Shown here piece by piece: positions 15,424 through 30,504 of a stretch of DNA of 64,000 nt. This DNA is from Eledone cirrhosa. Taxonomy: Eukaryota. The stretch lies in NCBI GenBank assembly GCA_964016885.1, contig OZ024743.1, forward strand, positions 311,178,001-311,242,000. The letters are read 5' to 3'. The notes under the pieces are model-generated. The model made no database searches, had not been told where the DNA came from, and saw nothing but the letters and a program-made list of their open reading frames with translations. The position numbers were made by a program, and so were the translations under genes. The stretch's first letter is position 1, and every line of letters begins with the position of its first letter.

Positions 15424-15520
15424 CATATAAAAAATAGACAAAGAAGCCTTCAATTCATCAAAAAATTAACTCTAATGCACTCAACTATTTTTATCTTATA
15501 TATATATATATATATTATAG

Positions 15521-15715
15521 AGCGGTGGATTGGCAGTATCGGTAGAGGGTCGGACGCCATGCTTTGACGCATAGAGTTACGGCCCTAGCCATTCTGAGTT
15601 CAAATCCCGCCAAGGTTAACTTTGCCTTTCATCCTTATGGGGTCGATAAAATAAAGTACGAGTAATACACTGGTTAATTGCCGACATTGTGCCAAAAGTA
15701 TAAACAATTATTATG
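15521..15715 (+). mobile_element. Full-length Meta-like tRNA SINE
   Basis: GCGGTGGATTGGCAGTATCGGTAG head, GTTCAAATCC B box, conserved core and AT-rich tail. Confidence 0.85.
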
Positions 15716-16039
15716 ATTAAACCCGATTTCCGTACTATATTTTAACATTTAATATTTATCTACTAATGGGATAAAAATCTTCATTTCTGATCATTCACAC
15801 GAGTACTTTTTTTTATTATGTTGTTAAGAACTCAATAAATACACGCATACAGAAATCTACATGGACACACGCACATCAACATTCCCCGCTTTCTCTTTCT
15901 CTCTCTCTCTCTCTCTCTGCGTGTGTATGTAAATATATATATATGCAGGATAACCTTTTAGAAAAAAAAGGTTGTTTTAAAGGATATCAATCCAATCATG
16001 ACCTAATTTAGATACCACAAGTTCCTGAACCATACCATT

Positions 16040-16360
16040 AAGACCCTACTTAATCTGAAATATAGCGACATTTGGGTAAGTTTATGTTAAAACCCTACCC
16101 CCGGCTCTTTAATAAGATACCAAAAATCTAAGAGATCTACATCGTGAGTATGTAGATGTTTTCAAGAAACATCTCAGCATTCTGTTAACCAAGATCTCGG
16201 ATAAAACCACAGCACGAGGCGAAGCACAAATAAGGGCGGCAGTAACTATCTCCCTTTTACATCAATGGCCAACCAAGGAAGGCTGGCTATAGAAAATGTA
16301 GCATCAATGGCGAAGCCCCAGTATGGCCTCAGACAGTCGGCTGGAACACTTAAAGAATAA
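16040..16360 (+). mobile_element. Old 3' fragment of a CR1/L2-like LINE
   Basis: VDVFKKHLSILLTKISDKTT..IRAAVTISLLHQ parallels the C-terminus of ORF 11-793. Confidence 0.55.
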
Positions 16361-16789
16361 TCTGAAATCTGGTGATATTTGTAAAGAACTTATGCTAAGA
16401 CAGCTTACAGGATGATGTGTTTTATATTGACTCGATAAATGAACCAAGGAATCAATGTTTCCTACCAAGTAAAATACAAACTTTGAACCTAAAGATTCTT
16501 GCCTTAAGACATTTCATACCAAACCGGCCATTATTGGCTCATGATCTAGTAAACAAACGCAACCATTTTAGATATGCCGACATAATTTGAAGAATCATAT
16601 GAAAAATTACTATCTTGGTTATGAAATAACTAATAATTTTACTGAATCTCTTACAATTATTCATTGATTAATTGAAATATAATGTATTTCATTAGAAATA
16701 TAGTCAGGAAAGGCTTAAAGAAAACAAATTCAAATGATATTGACAGATTGTCAGAACAACAAACAAAACAGCAGAATGTCTTTTAACGT

Positions 16790-17330
16790 ATAGTATCAGT
16801 AACTTCTTGTTGTAGTAGGACCTCCGTCGGTTCCGACGACAAACGTTCACGCTATACGAAAAACGGATCATCCTGCTTGTGAAATTAACGTGCAAGTACC
16901 TGAGCATATTACAGTTACGTCTACACTTAATGTAGTTCTCTGGGAGATTCAACATGATACAGTTTAATGAAAGGGTGGCCCCTCCAATTACATGTACAAC
17001 TCATTTTTGCCAGCAGGAGACATGTAAAATAATTGTTTCTACTTTAGGCACAATGCCAGCAATTACCCAGTGCATTACTGGTACTTTATTTTAGCGACCC
17101 TGTAAGGATGAAAGGCAAAATCAACCTCGGCGGGATTTGAACTCAGATCGTAAAGGGACGTAACTATGCTGGAAAGCATGGCGTCCGACCCTCTACCGAT
17201 ACTGCCAATCCACCGCCTAGGAGACATGTAAAATAATGTTTCTCGTTCGATAACACAGCGCACCACTGTGAATCAGACTCACGATCATGAACCGAACATT
17301 CTAACCACTAAGCCAGGTGCCTTCACTATA
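16790..17330 (-). mobile_element. Older tRNA-derived SINE (second family) interrupted by a younger SINE
   Basis: The head at 17240-17325 resembles 56110-56224. The body continues to the left of the insertion. Confidence 0.65.
17031..17218 (-). mobile_element. Full-length Meta-like SINE with 19 bp target-site duplication
   Basis: AGGAGACATGTAAAATAAT at 17015-17033 and 17219-17237. Confidence 0.9.
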
Positions 17331-17883
17331 TTAACAAATTTCTTTTGAAGAATTCTTAGAAATTGTTTCACAAAAAGTAAATTATAGTGGTTTGCTTGAG
17401 TTAATAATTTTGTTAGCGTGCAATAAGATTAAGAAAATCAGATAAAATTATGAGAAAAAAGAATAAGTTCGTAGGCGCACTTAGAATATTTCTACTGACA
17501 TAAGGAGGAAATTTCGTTCTGTGTGATTACATTTAACATGCAAAAGTTGCCTTGCAGGGTGATTATTCCACAAATTTACTGTTAGTTATTGGCAATCAAT
17601 CGTTCTATTGGTAGGAATTGATTACAAAAGCGGAAGTCATTCGGAGGGGGGGGGGGGGGAGTATTTTAGATAACTATAATGAAAATTGATAATTATTCTG
17701 GAAATCAGAGGTTGCATGAAAGGACTTACAGCACTTGTTGTTAAAGCAATGTTTTCTACATACAGTCAACTTGATTGCAAAATCTCGAGGAATTTACTGC
17801 AACCAGGTATTTTAGTTGTCGAAATAGTTGATTTTGTTAAAAGCAAACCATTATCCCTTTTGATACAAATCTGCTTAAGACTG

Positions 17884-17927
<44 letters not shown>

Positions 17928-18051
17928 TACATACACACATATATATATATATATATACACATACATATACATACATACATACGTACATACATACATACAT
18001 ACATACATACATACATACATACATACATACATACATACATACATACATACA

Positions 18052-20998
18052 TAGGATATGTGAGATAGGATATGTGACAATGCTCCTTACATGCAAACAA
18101 ACACAAAAAAACCTCACTCCTCGCCAACAAAGAGTGAAAAATAAAATAGAGACGATGTTTGGTAACAGTAGAACCAGAACTCTCCAATATAAGCTGATCA
18201 CCCTCAAACAAGAATTGAGAGCTGTTAGCGAAAAACGCCGATACTTGAAGAAGGTAGATGAGAGAAAAGTACTTAATAACAGATTCAGACGAAACCAAAC
18301 ATCAGTCTACAGAGATATGAAGGGCAAAATATTAAGTGTCACTGAGGCCCCATCCCAGAAAGACATAGATTCCTTTTGGAACAAAACCAAGATGCAGTGA
18401 GGCTAATAGAAATCCGAAAGAGCTATTGCTCCTACACTACAACAAAAACATACGAAATAAGTGAGGGTACTCTTGAGACTGTGATAGGAAAATTCCAAGA
18501 TAAGAAAACACCAGGAAGAGACATGATTGTCGGCTACTGGTACAAAAAACTGATATTCTATCGGAGGTATCTTACTGACCTCTACCAACAAGTTCTTAAG
18601 AGAGATACACTTATACCAGAATGGTTGACATTAGCACAAACATTACTGGTCCCCAAGAACAAAGACACCCACTTGGCAAAAAACTACCGACTCATTGCAT
18701 GCCAGAAACTGATGTATACAGCCTGCCTGAACCTATTCTTCCAAGATCACTGTGAAAATAACATCATCACAGATGAACAAGCAGCTGGAAAGAAAGGGGT
18801 TTGGGGGTGTGCTGAACAACTCCTAATCAACAAAACTGCGATGTCGGAGGTGCGATAACTTAGGAGGAATATGGCTACAATCTGGCTGGACTACAGGAAA
18901 GCTTTCGATTCTGTTCCCCACTCTTAGATGATAGAGGCCCTCCAACTTGCTAAAAACCCAGACATTATAATCAGAGCCATAGAGAGGCTGTCTTCTTCTT
19001 GGGCTACTATCCTAAGGTTAAAGATAGAGATGGAGGACTCTATTTTCACTGATAAAATAAAATATTGCAGGGGTATATTTCAGGGGGACAGTCTCTCTGT
19101 GATATTATTCATCTTGTCATTAAACCCCCTGTCCTTTCTGCTCAAGAAATGTGAGCGATACATGATTGGCTCACAGGAGGACAGAAATACGAACCTAATC
19201 CATAATTTCTTTGTGGACGATCTGAAACTCTATGCCAAGAACATGGATGGGATGAAGAAAAATCTTGACCTGGTTACAACGTTCTCAAAGGATATAGGAA
19301 TGGTGTTTGGCCAAGATAAATACTCATACATGACTGTAAAGCGGGGAAAAACAACAACCCAATCTAGCAACATTGTCATCAATGGCCTAACTGTTTCACC
19401 GATATCTGATGAGGACTGCTACATTTACCTGGGGATAGATGGAAACATATCCTATAATGGTATCTGTAATAAAGAACGCGTAACCAGGGAATACTTCACC
19501 CGATTAAGAAAACCTGGTCACCGGAACTCTCTACGCAAAACAAAACAGTGGCTCACAATGTGTTTGCTGTGCCTGTCCTAACACCAACGTTTGGAATAAT
19601 CAATTGGACGATAGACGAAATCCAGGCAGTTGATGTTGGAACTCGAAAAATACTAAACAACACTGGAAACTTCCACATCAACAATGACATAGACCGCCTT
19701 TACTTGAAACGTAAGCAGGGAGGCAGAGGCCTAACATCAGTCCAGACATTTGAATGTCGCATCATATCTCTCCGACAACATCTACGAACCTCGAACCGTA
19801 GGAGCCGTTTCTCGAGTCTATCTGCATGAAACAGATAAGATCATGAGGGTTGGGAAGGAACTCCTCGTGAGATATTCCCTGTGTGATAATCAAAAACTCA
19901 CACACAGAGAAGGCGCTCATCACAATGAATCCATGGGTGAAAAACTGCATACTTATCAGCATAACATCATACATGGGTATGTTGCCAGGAAACTCCAGAG
20001 TGTGAGTAATATAGGTAAGGAAAGTAGTCTATCTTGGACCAACAACCGCTATATTGGCTCCCACTTTGAAGGATACGCTTTTGCAATCCAAGAACAGGAG
20101 ATTAACACGAAATACCTGATTCACAATAGAGATAGGCATGCAGGCAAAACACCTAGATGTGATAACAAGTGCAGACTCTGCAGAACTAACATCGAGGATA
20201 TTACCCATGTCATAAGCAGCTGTCCAAAGATGTTATTGCGGTACTATCTACCTATGAGGCTTGATGTAGTGGCCATAACACTGTACAATACAGTTCGTAA
20301 AAAAGATAGCCCCGATAATAAGCACATTAAAAGCTACAGCAATGTGGAAGACATTGTACATAATATGAAAGAGTACTGGTGGAATGTTCCAGTAAAAAAC
20401 CCAATAAAATGCAGACATAACAGACCAGATATTATGATATGGGACAGGGAGAAGAAAGCATGCACAGTAGTGGAAATTAGCTGCCCAGCAGATGCCAATA
20501 TAATATCAAGTATTAGTGAAAAGGAGAATATTTATGCAGAACTGATGAGAAATCTGCAGATACTCCACCCTGATTACACCTTCAGATTTATGCCTGTGAT
20601 TATTGGGGCACTGGGGTATGTTAGTTACTGCCTCAATAAAAAATCTTGAGAAGCTAGACTTCACAGAAACAGAAAGAACACAACTAGTTAGGAAATTACA
20701 AGTACAATCCACTAATGGAACAGTAAAAATATGTAAAACATTCCAAAAATGTTGCATCTAATAACTGCATATACACATGTACAGATGCAAAGCATATACA
20801 CATGCACACATACAACTCAAAACATACACATCCACACATACAATAACAGCCATATCTACACATGCATGCAGACATACATACATAATCTACCTAGTTGATG
20901 TTGTGTAAATTCCAATGAGAGAGTATTGTGTCTATGTTAGAAACCGACTCTCTCTCTATTGGTAAAACTTTGTGAAATTATAAAACCAGAAGAACATA
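18052..20998 (+). mobile_element. R4/Dong-like non-LTR retrotransposon with RT, CCHC finger and restriction-like endonuclease; frameshifted
   Basis: KTPGRDMI, KNYRLIAC, WLDYRKAFDSVPH, RGIFQGDSLS, FFVDDLKLY, GGRGL, CRLC..HVISSC, RPDI..VEISCP and PVIIGALG. Flanked by (CATA)n/(TA)n. Confidence 0.9.
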
Positions 20999-21103
20999 TA
21001 TACATATATATATATATCGTGTTAGAAGGTAAGGCGACACAAACAAGAGATGGAAAGTTTCCATTCGTCAGCTGTTTACTACGGATCATAGATATTTCGG
21101 TGC

Positions 21104-21191
<88 letters not shown>

Positions 21192-21526
21192 ATATAAAAC
21201 GAAAAATCAGTAACGCATCTGAATTCAATTTATTGTGTGTTTCAATTGTTTCGCTGGCGGACGGCTCGAGACGCGATCATTGTGTGGATGATCTGTCTGA
21301 TTCTAGATCTGCAGGCTCGACGGACACGTCAAATTTTTTCACTGGGGTGTTAGCGTCAAAAACATCCTCTTCGCGCGTCCTGTTATTGGCTGATGTTTTT
21401 CTACGTCATCACAATTTTGACCAACACGTATGGTACATCTGACCATCAGCTGTCCGTTTTCTGCCACACTTCGATGAATTACTGCTGGGTAAGGTAGTTC
21501 ACCCGTCCACGCGCGCACTCACACAC

Positions 21527-21558
<32 letters not shown>

Positions 21559-21696
21559 GCACACTCGCACAGACGCGCACACATGCATACGCATATATCT
21601 ACTCGTATACACAAACACGTACAGACATATACATAAACACGCATGCACATACACACACGTGTCCGTATATACAGGCACAAATACAGAGTCGCTCAT

Positions 21697-22645
<949 letters not shown>

Positions 22646-22940
22646 TATATATACATACACACACAAACAAGCCCTATCCCTACAGTGGGTGCCCGTACAC
22701 ACACACATACACACACACAGTGGCTTATATAGACTCTTACAAATATGCGCCTATTCACACACAGGCCCACCCACGCCTACAAAGATACATACATATATGT
22801 ATACATAAACACAAATGTGATATACAGACAAAGTCATATAAAGATACACAATGTATCATACAAAGGGTCATACATGAAAGGATGTATCTTGTTATAAACA
22901 CGCACATATATAAGCAATATAACCATAAACATACATCCAT

Positions 22941-22981
<41 letters not shown>

Positions 22982-24315
22982 CATACACATGTGCATATAA
23001 ATATACACATACATATATACACATATATAAAATAAATATACAATATACTAAAAATATACATATAACGTCATACATGAAGGGATGTATCTTGTTATAAACA
23101 TGTACATATATAAACAATAAACAATATAACCATATACATACATCCACACACATATATATATACACATATATATACACATATATATATACCCACATATACA
23201 CATACACATACACATATACACATATATAAAAGAAATATACAATATACTAAAAATATATATATAACGTCATATAGAGATATATAAGAAGAAGAAGGGGCGT
23301 GTATTCGTATGAGATAGTACATAGGAGGAGTATGAGATATACACTTGGGCCTGTATACGGAAAATCTAATATGTGTTACGAAATGGAATACTAGGAGAGG
23401 GTGGCATCTCTGTTGAAAAGATACACATGCATGGGGGTGTGTGGACCGGCCATACTGGAGTATGTCACTGTGGTTGAGGTATATTGTCTTATAGGTGTAA
23501 GGTATGTGACTGAAAGTCAGTGGAATCCGGGTCAACCTGTCCCGGCTCAGGCGATGTTCTTGCCTAGGGTGTGACGTGCAGAGTCGGGTATGCATCTTGG
23601 GTTATTATGGTTTACCCCACGGGGTATATACTGTCATCAGGGTAAGGTGTCTGGTCTCTTGAACCCGTATCGCCGCACTGGTCGGCGTGCGCTGCTCCGC
23701 ATGCCTTTAGCCTGGGCTGCCCGGTGGATTCCATGCGGAGAGTGTGCACCTTCTCTGGTGTCTGCACGTCATGATTATTTTCGATTTCAGGTTGACCGCA
23801 TTATCCTTCAATCTGACTTTCTCCATGGCCTCGGATAGGCATAGCCTACACTTTCTACTTCCAGCCGAGTATGCATTCGCGTGCCGAACGATACTCCAGT
23901 TAAGGGCTTACGGGGTGCCCTTGTCTTTCAATTCCCACACCAGGTCCGCTAGCCTCATAGAGTGCTCAACTGGCATACCGCCTATGGAAGAATAGCTACC
24001 ATCAGACACACACACATATATATATGCAACTGTTGTTGTCTCTGTGTGTGTGTGTGAGTGTGTGTGTGTCCTCATTTTTGCAAAGTCGATACAAATCAAC
24101 ATTTCTACTCCGATTGACTTCAAACTTGCATTTATATATTCGTTACGATCTAAAGATACTAACTGCAGCTTTTATTTTTCAATTTTCTGTTATTAAAGGG
24201 GTGTTAGACGGCGGTTATCGATCTCCGTCGTGCCATTATGATATCTGTATGTATGTCTGACTGTCTGCATAACGACATTCTAACGAACACGTCATTGCTG
24301 ACATTATCTTCGCTA

Positions 24316-24381
<66 letters not shown>

Positions 24382-24661
24382 CATATATACTTATATATAT
24401 ATATATATATATACATATATACATATACACACACATATATACACATATACATATACAAACACATATACACATATATAGATATACACATATACACATATAA
24501 ATATACACATAAAAATATATGTATATATACACACACACACACACATATATATATATACATACATACACGCACACATGTATATATGCATACATACACACAC
24601 AAATATATATATGTATATATATATATATATATATATGTATCTGTGTATATATATATGTATT

Positions 24662-24691
<30 letters not shown>

Positions 24692-24693
<2 letters not shown>

Positions 24694-24892
24694 ACGAAGG
24701 AAATGTTGTAAGGAACCAGATAGCCCATAACGCACCAAAGTACTCAATACTTAGGGTAGTAGAGTGGGTAATAGGAACAAGTATGACCCCGACGGCAGAG
24801 CTCAAGCCGTTTCGCCGGCTAATTCTGGACTCTGAGTCCAGAATTAGCCGTCGAATCTGCTTGAGCACTGCCGTCGGGGTCATACTTGTTCC

Positions 24893-24895
<3 letters not shown>
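24692..24895. mobile_element. Palindromic pLTR-like element (palindrome 24771-24895), family also at 49215, 50482, 51293, 58338, 60590
   Basis: Near-perfect palindrome centred at 24833. Arms carry GAAA CGGC..GCCG TC GGGGTC. Confidence 0.75.
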
Positions 24896-24978
<83 letters not shown>

Positions 24979-24979
24979 T

Positions 24980-25033
<54 letters not shown>

Positions 25034-25302
25034 CTATGTATACAGATACATTGTAGGTCGCTTTAACCCGTCTTTTATTTATTATTCAAAAAACTTCTTG
25101 CCAATAAACATTAGCCCTTTGTGCGCCATTCATTACCAGGGAACGTCTTCACGAACCCAAATATCGTCTTCCTGCTTTCCTTCGGTTGCAACGTTTCTCG
25201 AAATATTTACTTCTGCGTTCACAGATTAAATATTTTAGTTTCAGAAGATCCCGTTAATATTGAAAGCAGCGAATCTTTGCTTAAACTTTAATCTGTTCTT
25301 AT

Positions 25303-25377
<75 letters not shown>

Positions 25378-26332
25378 TGGAACCTGGAACTCTGGAACCC
25401 TGAGAAAAAGCATTAAAAGTGGACAATCTCCCCAACACAACATACGCCAGAACACGTGTCAACACAAACACTCACTTTACCTTGAATCAAAGAAGAACTA
25501 CGGTAATAACTCTTCGCTTTTTCTACAAAAACACCCTATCGCACACAACATGAACAAAAAGCACAAACACGATAGATATTCCTTTGACCAGACCATGAGA
25601 AGTAGTAAAACCAGGAGATCATTCTCAAGATCTCAACAGAGACTACAACAAGGAATGTGGAAACAAAACGTAGAATAACCAGATCACTCTCAAGATCTCA
25701 ACAGAGATTAAACACAAGAAACTTGGCGAAAAAACGATCTACACCTGAAAGCAAACCTAGGTCATTTCCCCAGATTGTGAAAAATAATGCTAACAAGAAA
25801 TGGAAAAATAATATACATAATACCAAAAATAGGACTAAATACATAACGAAACCAAATATAATATCACGACCAAAAGTTCATCAAGCGAACACCAACAGGA
25901 ATATAAATCCTGAACAGAGAAAAATCCATTTTTTAACGTCAGGACAACAGAAACCGGAAAAAGAAAAACTCCAGGAGGAAACATACCCAAAACAACTGTA
26001 CACGTAGATCCTAAAACAATTAATTTATCCAAAAGAGATCTTGACAATGATGAAATGCAAATTCTGTAAAAAGGACTGAAATTCACACCGACTCCAACAG
26101 TCAACCTCCAAGAACTGAAGGAGGATACCTAAGAATTCTGTCGAAAATTACGTCTTGTAGAATTCTTCGCTGATAAAAGTAATGAGAGTGATGAATCACT
26201 AGTAAAGAAAAAATCAAATTTCACTCCGCCAAAAGGAAGACATATCTATCTCGACCAATACATTGACATTTTGTCAAAATTTTCTCTTAGACGTAATACT
26301 AATATTAGGCCAAACATTATCAAAAATCAGAA

Positions 26333-27304
26333 ATGCCTGCATTTAAACGTACACAAAATGATAAAACAATAATAATTAAACAATCCGATAAAGGGGTTGC
26401 AGTTGTTATAATGGATGCTGAATACTACAAAGATTTGGTTGAGGAACAACTGAAAGACATAACATTCTATCATGAAATACCGTCAAATATAGACCACAAT
26501 ATCATGAAGAAGATCAACAACCTGGCTTCAAAATACCACAACTCACTTACTGATAAGGAAAGAGACTACATCACCAATTTTGAGCCAAAACCCAGCAACC
26601 TGTATGGCCTACCGAAAGTTCACAAGTCAAAAGAAATACAACTGGCAGTAAGAGAACAAAACAGTGAGTACATTAAATTACTACACCCAAAAGACTTAAA
26701 ACTTAGACCTATTATAGCTGGTCCAACATGCCCCACCCACCGTCTAAGCAATTTTGTTGACATTATTTTGAAACCACTATGTATTCACATACCCAGTTTC
26801 ATCCTCCGTGATGATATCGACTTCCTGTCCCATCTTCCCAAAACCACGGAAACGAATTCACTTCTACTTAGTTTTGATGTGGTAAGCCTTTACACCAACG
26901 TTACACAGGATTTAGGAATAAAGGCGGTTAAATACTGGGTGGAAAAACATAGAGAAGTGATTCCCATCAGATTCACAGCGCCATTTATATTAGACGCAGT
27001 TAAATTTATTCTGGAAAACAACACTTTCTTCTTCAATGGAAAGAATTACATCCAAATTAGAGGCACAGCGATGGGAACGAAGTTTGCTCCCGTTTACGCG
27101 AACTCTATTATGGGATACTTCGAACAACAACTCTACCAAGAAATAGAGGAAAAATATAGTACTGACTTTAGAAAGTACATTGAAAAATCTTGGAAGAGAT
27201 ACCTTGACGACTGTTTCATCATCTGGACAGAATCTCTAGATACTCTGGATGAGTTCAATATCCTCCTGAATAACCTACACCCATCTCTCAAAAGAAATGA
27301 GTAG
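26333..27304 (+). pseudogene. PLE reverse transcriptase segment
   Basis: RT motifs as above. Frameshift to the next segment near 27297. Confidence 0.9.
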
Positions 27305-28238
27305 GACCAAATCACCATTCCTAGATATAATGAAAATCAAAAACGACACCACCATTACCACAGATATATATTATAAACACACAGACACCCATCAATATCT
27401 GAATTTTAAGTCGTGCCATCCACCTCATACAAAACGCAACATCCCATACTGCCTAGCCAGAAGAATTTGTACCATTGTAGAAGATACGAATAACAGGTAC
27501 AAAAGCCTAACAGAACTAAGAGTATTTTTGCTCAAACAAAAATACCCATCTCTACTTATAGAAAATGGCATACAGCGGGCTATAAAAATACCTATACAAC
27601 AACTTAGGACAACCCAAGGAAGAAGAAACCAAGAACTGGTCATACCATTTATAATGACACACAACCCATGTCACCAGAATATCTTCAACACTGCCAAAGC
27701 AAACCTACCGATCATTGCTCAAAGTAATGAATTAAAAGGCTTAATCACAGATCGATCTTTGACTCTTAGTAAAAGACACCCGAAAAATTTGAAGCAATTA
27801 CTAACAAAAGCAAAGTTTGTCCTTAACAACAAAGACCAATCATTCACTGTATCTAAATGCAATGATAGTCGATGCTTCACATGTCAATCCATACACGCCG
27901 GTCAATATATGAAAACAAAAACTGGAAAAATATTCCCAAATGCAAATATGAACTGCAAAAGCAGAAATTTAATTTACTGCATTAAATGCCCGAATTGTGA
28001 AGAACTATATGTCGGTCAAACTGGAAATGCACTATCTGAACGTGCACGGGTACACCGTCAGCAAATCAGAGACCCAAATGTCCGTCAGATACCCCTAAGT
28101 AACCATCTAGCAACATGCGGTCAGGGAATATTTATAATATTCCCATTCTACAAATTACACAGCCCAAGTGAAATCAAGAGAAAAATCAGAGAAAAGAATG
28201 TTATTGATAAATTCAAACCCAAGCTAAATGAGCAATAA
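27297..28238 (+). pseudogene. PLE RT thumb + GIY-YIG endonuclease segment
   Basis: DIYYKHT, SCHP, LIY..YVGQT, R..H and terminal PKLN. Confidence 0.9.
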
Positions 28239-28623
28239 TAATGCTTAGGGGTATTACTTCTACTATGACTATGACTACAACCATGTCGACTACGACCACT
28301 AACAACAACAACAACAATAATAATAATAATAAAAGTGATGTTGATGGTGATGATTACTAGAAAATGCTATTTTCATCATTTCTAAAAATAGCAAAACAAT
28401 TGATGCTTTGGATAGGATCAATTAGTGGTCGTTAGACATGCTCAACCAACCGTGACGCCTAAACCAATCAGCTTTAGTAATTCAGTGAAACTACACACCG
28501 ATTGGTCGAAATACAGTTTGCAAGATTTAGCATTCTGGAGCCACTTTTCACTGTATATAAGGTACAAAATTTACCCATCTCATTACAGTTGAAAATTGCA
28601 AACTTGACTGTCACCACTGAATA

Positions 28624-28662
28624 TGAACCTGAAGATTGCGAAAGCATGAAAGTACTTGTTCA
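28624..28662 (+). ncRNA. Minimal hammerhead in the PLE 3' pseudo-LTR
   Basis: TGAAC CTGAAGA T TGC-GAAA-GCA T GAAA GTAC TT GTTCA. Confidence 0.85.
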
Positions 28663-28824
28663 ATTAACACTTAACATTTAATATTCTATCATACTACTTC
28701 ATTATAATACCATTATAAATTTGAAAGGATTGTAAATAAAACGAGTAAATCAGACAAAGTTGGAATTCCTCTTATTAATATAATCTTCTATACACAATCA
28801 TACACACCCGTGTATATTTATCTA

Positions 28825-28911
<87 letters not shown>

Positions 28912-29057
28912 TTATATATATATATACGTATATATAATATATAGAAATAGCTTCTACATAACTAGAACTGTTTCATTTGAAGGAAATCATCATATATATA
29001 TATATATACATCTAATTTATCTACGTTCATACATTGAACATAAATAAATAATATATG

Positions 29058-29535
29058 TAGAAAAACTCAAACATTATTCTCCCCAACGCCGTTGTGAGCG
29101 CTACATTATCTGCATGATGTTGAAAATATTCCATCAGCATTGCCCAAATGATGTTGGCATCATCTTTAATGTACACCTAAGGCTTGGCCCCCGTGCTGTC
29201 CACCCCCAACAAAAATTAAACTCGCATCTCATAACAACAATACGGCACAACTATCTCACCTCAATTGGCCCTCCTCTCTTTAACATTACACCAAAACACA
29301 TTAAAACAGAAACAGACCCCATAAAGTTCAAGAAGTCTTTGGACAAAATCCTTCAAGAAATCCAGGATAAACTTCTTATATCCGGATATGACTCCGTAAA
29401 CAATAACTCCTTACTTGAGTGGGCCATGGTGTCCAAATCGTGATTTCAAAGACTTCGCCGGGAGGTGCTATTAAGCTATCCATAGCCTGGGCCATACTAG
29501 CTGAAACCTATCGAAGTTAAGTTATCAAAGTTATC
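29058..29535 (+). mobile_element. 5'-truncated copy of the CR1/L2-like LINE at 1-880
   Basis: ORF 29114-29443 aligns with the end of ORF 11-793. Similar UTR and AAGTTA tail. Confidence 0.88.
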
Positions 29536-29611
29536 ACCTCTTATGCTTGATTGAGCGTTTTCTTTTCCTGTTACAAACTTACAGATATTTACGACACAGA
29601 CATACACTCAC

Positions 29612-29669
<58 letters not shown>

Positions 29670-29789
29670 TATATATGTATATACTATATATATATATATT
29701 TCCAATTCCATGCATATATATATATGAAGTGTTTCTATAAGAAAGGTAAAGGAAAAGAGAGGGCTCTATGTAGAATACGGAGCTTTTTA

Positions 29790-30010
29790 GTTATGTAATA
29801 AACAACATAAGATAATTATTTCATTTACAAAAGGTTTCACGAAGACAGACAAGCCTGACACACACGTCTTACTTCGGTCGTCAGAATGAAATTTTTGTTT
29901 TAAATAAAATTTCATTGTGACGACCGAAGTCAGACGTCTGTGTCAGGCTTGTCTGTCTTCATGAAACCTTTGGTAAATGAAATAATTATCTCATGTTATT
30001 TATTACATAA
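29790..30010. mobile_element. 220 bp palindrome of two back-to-back hammerhead-bearing arms
   Basis: Minus 29820-29890: TTCATT CTGACGA [39 nt] GAAA CCTTTTG TA AATGAA. Plus 29911-29981 has the same layout with GTGACGA. Confidence 0.8.
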
Positions 30011-30011
30011 C

Positions 30012-30058
<47 letters not shown>

Positions 30059-30074
30059 GTATACATATATATGT

Positions 30075-30164
<90 letters not shown>

Positions 30165-30190
30165 GTATATGTATACATATATATATATGT

Positions 30191-30261
<71 letters not shown>

Positions 30262-30504
30262 ATATATTATATATATATATCAATTAAGTGCATAAAGCAT
30301 TTGAACCGGTTATTAAATGTTACGAACCAGTTAGCATTTCGACAATCAATGATAGGTTAATAATCTTCCAATACCGAATTTAGTAGACCAAAGTTGCAAT
30401 ATGGCGCTGGGAGATGCCGCTGGGTGTCAGATCTGTCCGCCATGGGTGACCCTACCAGGAAATAGTTTTCCAGACGGCATAGCTCCAACACCTCCAACAC
30501 CTGC

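Larger units (their letters stand above)
25380..28815 (+). mobile_element. Near full-length Penelope-like retroelement (Neptune-type Cys-rich linker), disrupted by frameshifts and stops
   Basis: SDKG, YGLPKVHK, LRPII, SFDVVSLYTNV, GTAMGTKFAPVYAN, RYLDD, PFLD, CNDSRCFTC and NLIYCIKCPNCEELYVGQT (GIY-YIG). The 3' pLTR carries an HHR. Confidence 0.93.

Noticed and set aside
15521-15615. tRNA gene
   Set aside because: A/B boxes are present, but there is no cloverleaf and the sequence continues into a SINE core repeated many times in the window.
17766-17806. Possible exon TACAG|..CCAG|GTATTT
   Set aside because: Weak donor, no recognisable peptide, and a stop after two codons in the phase that would follow the LPSYEE exon.
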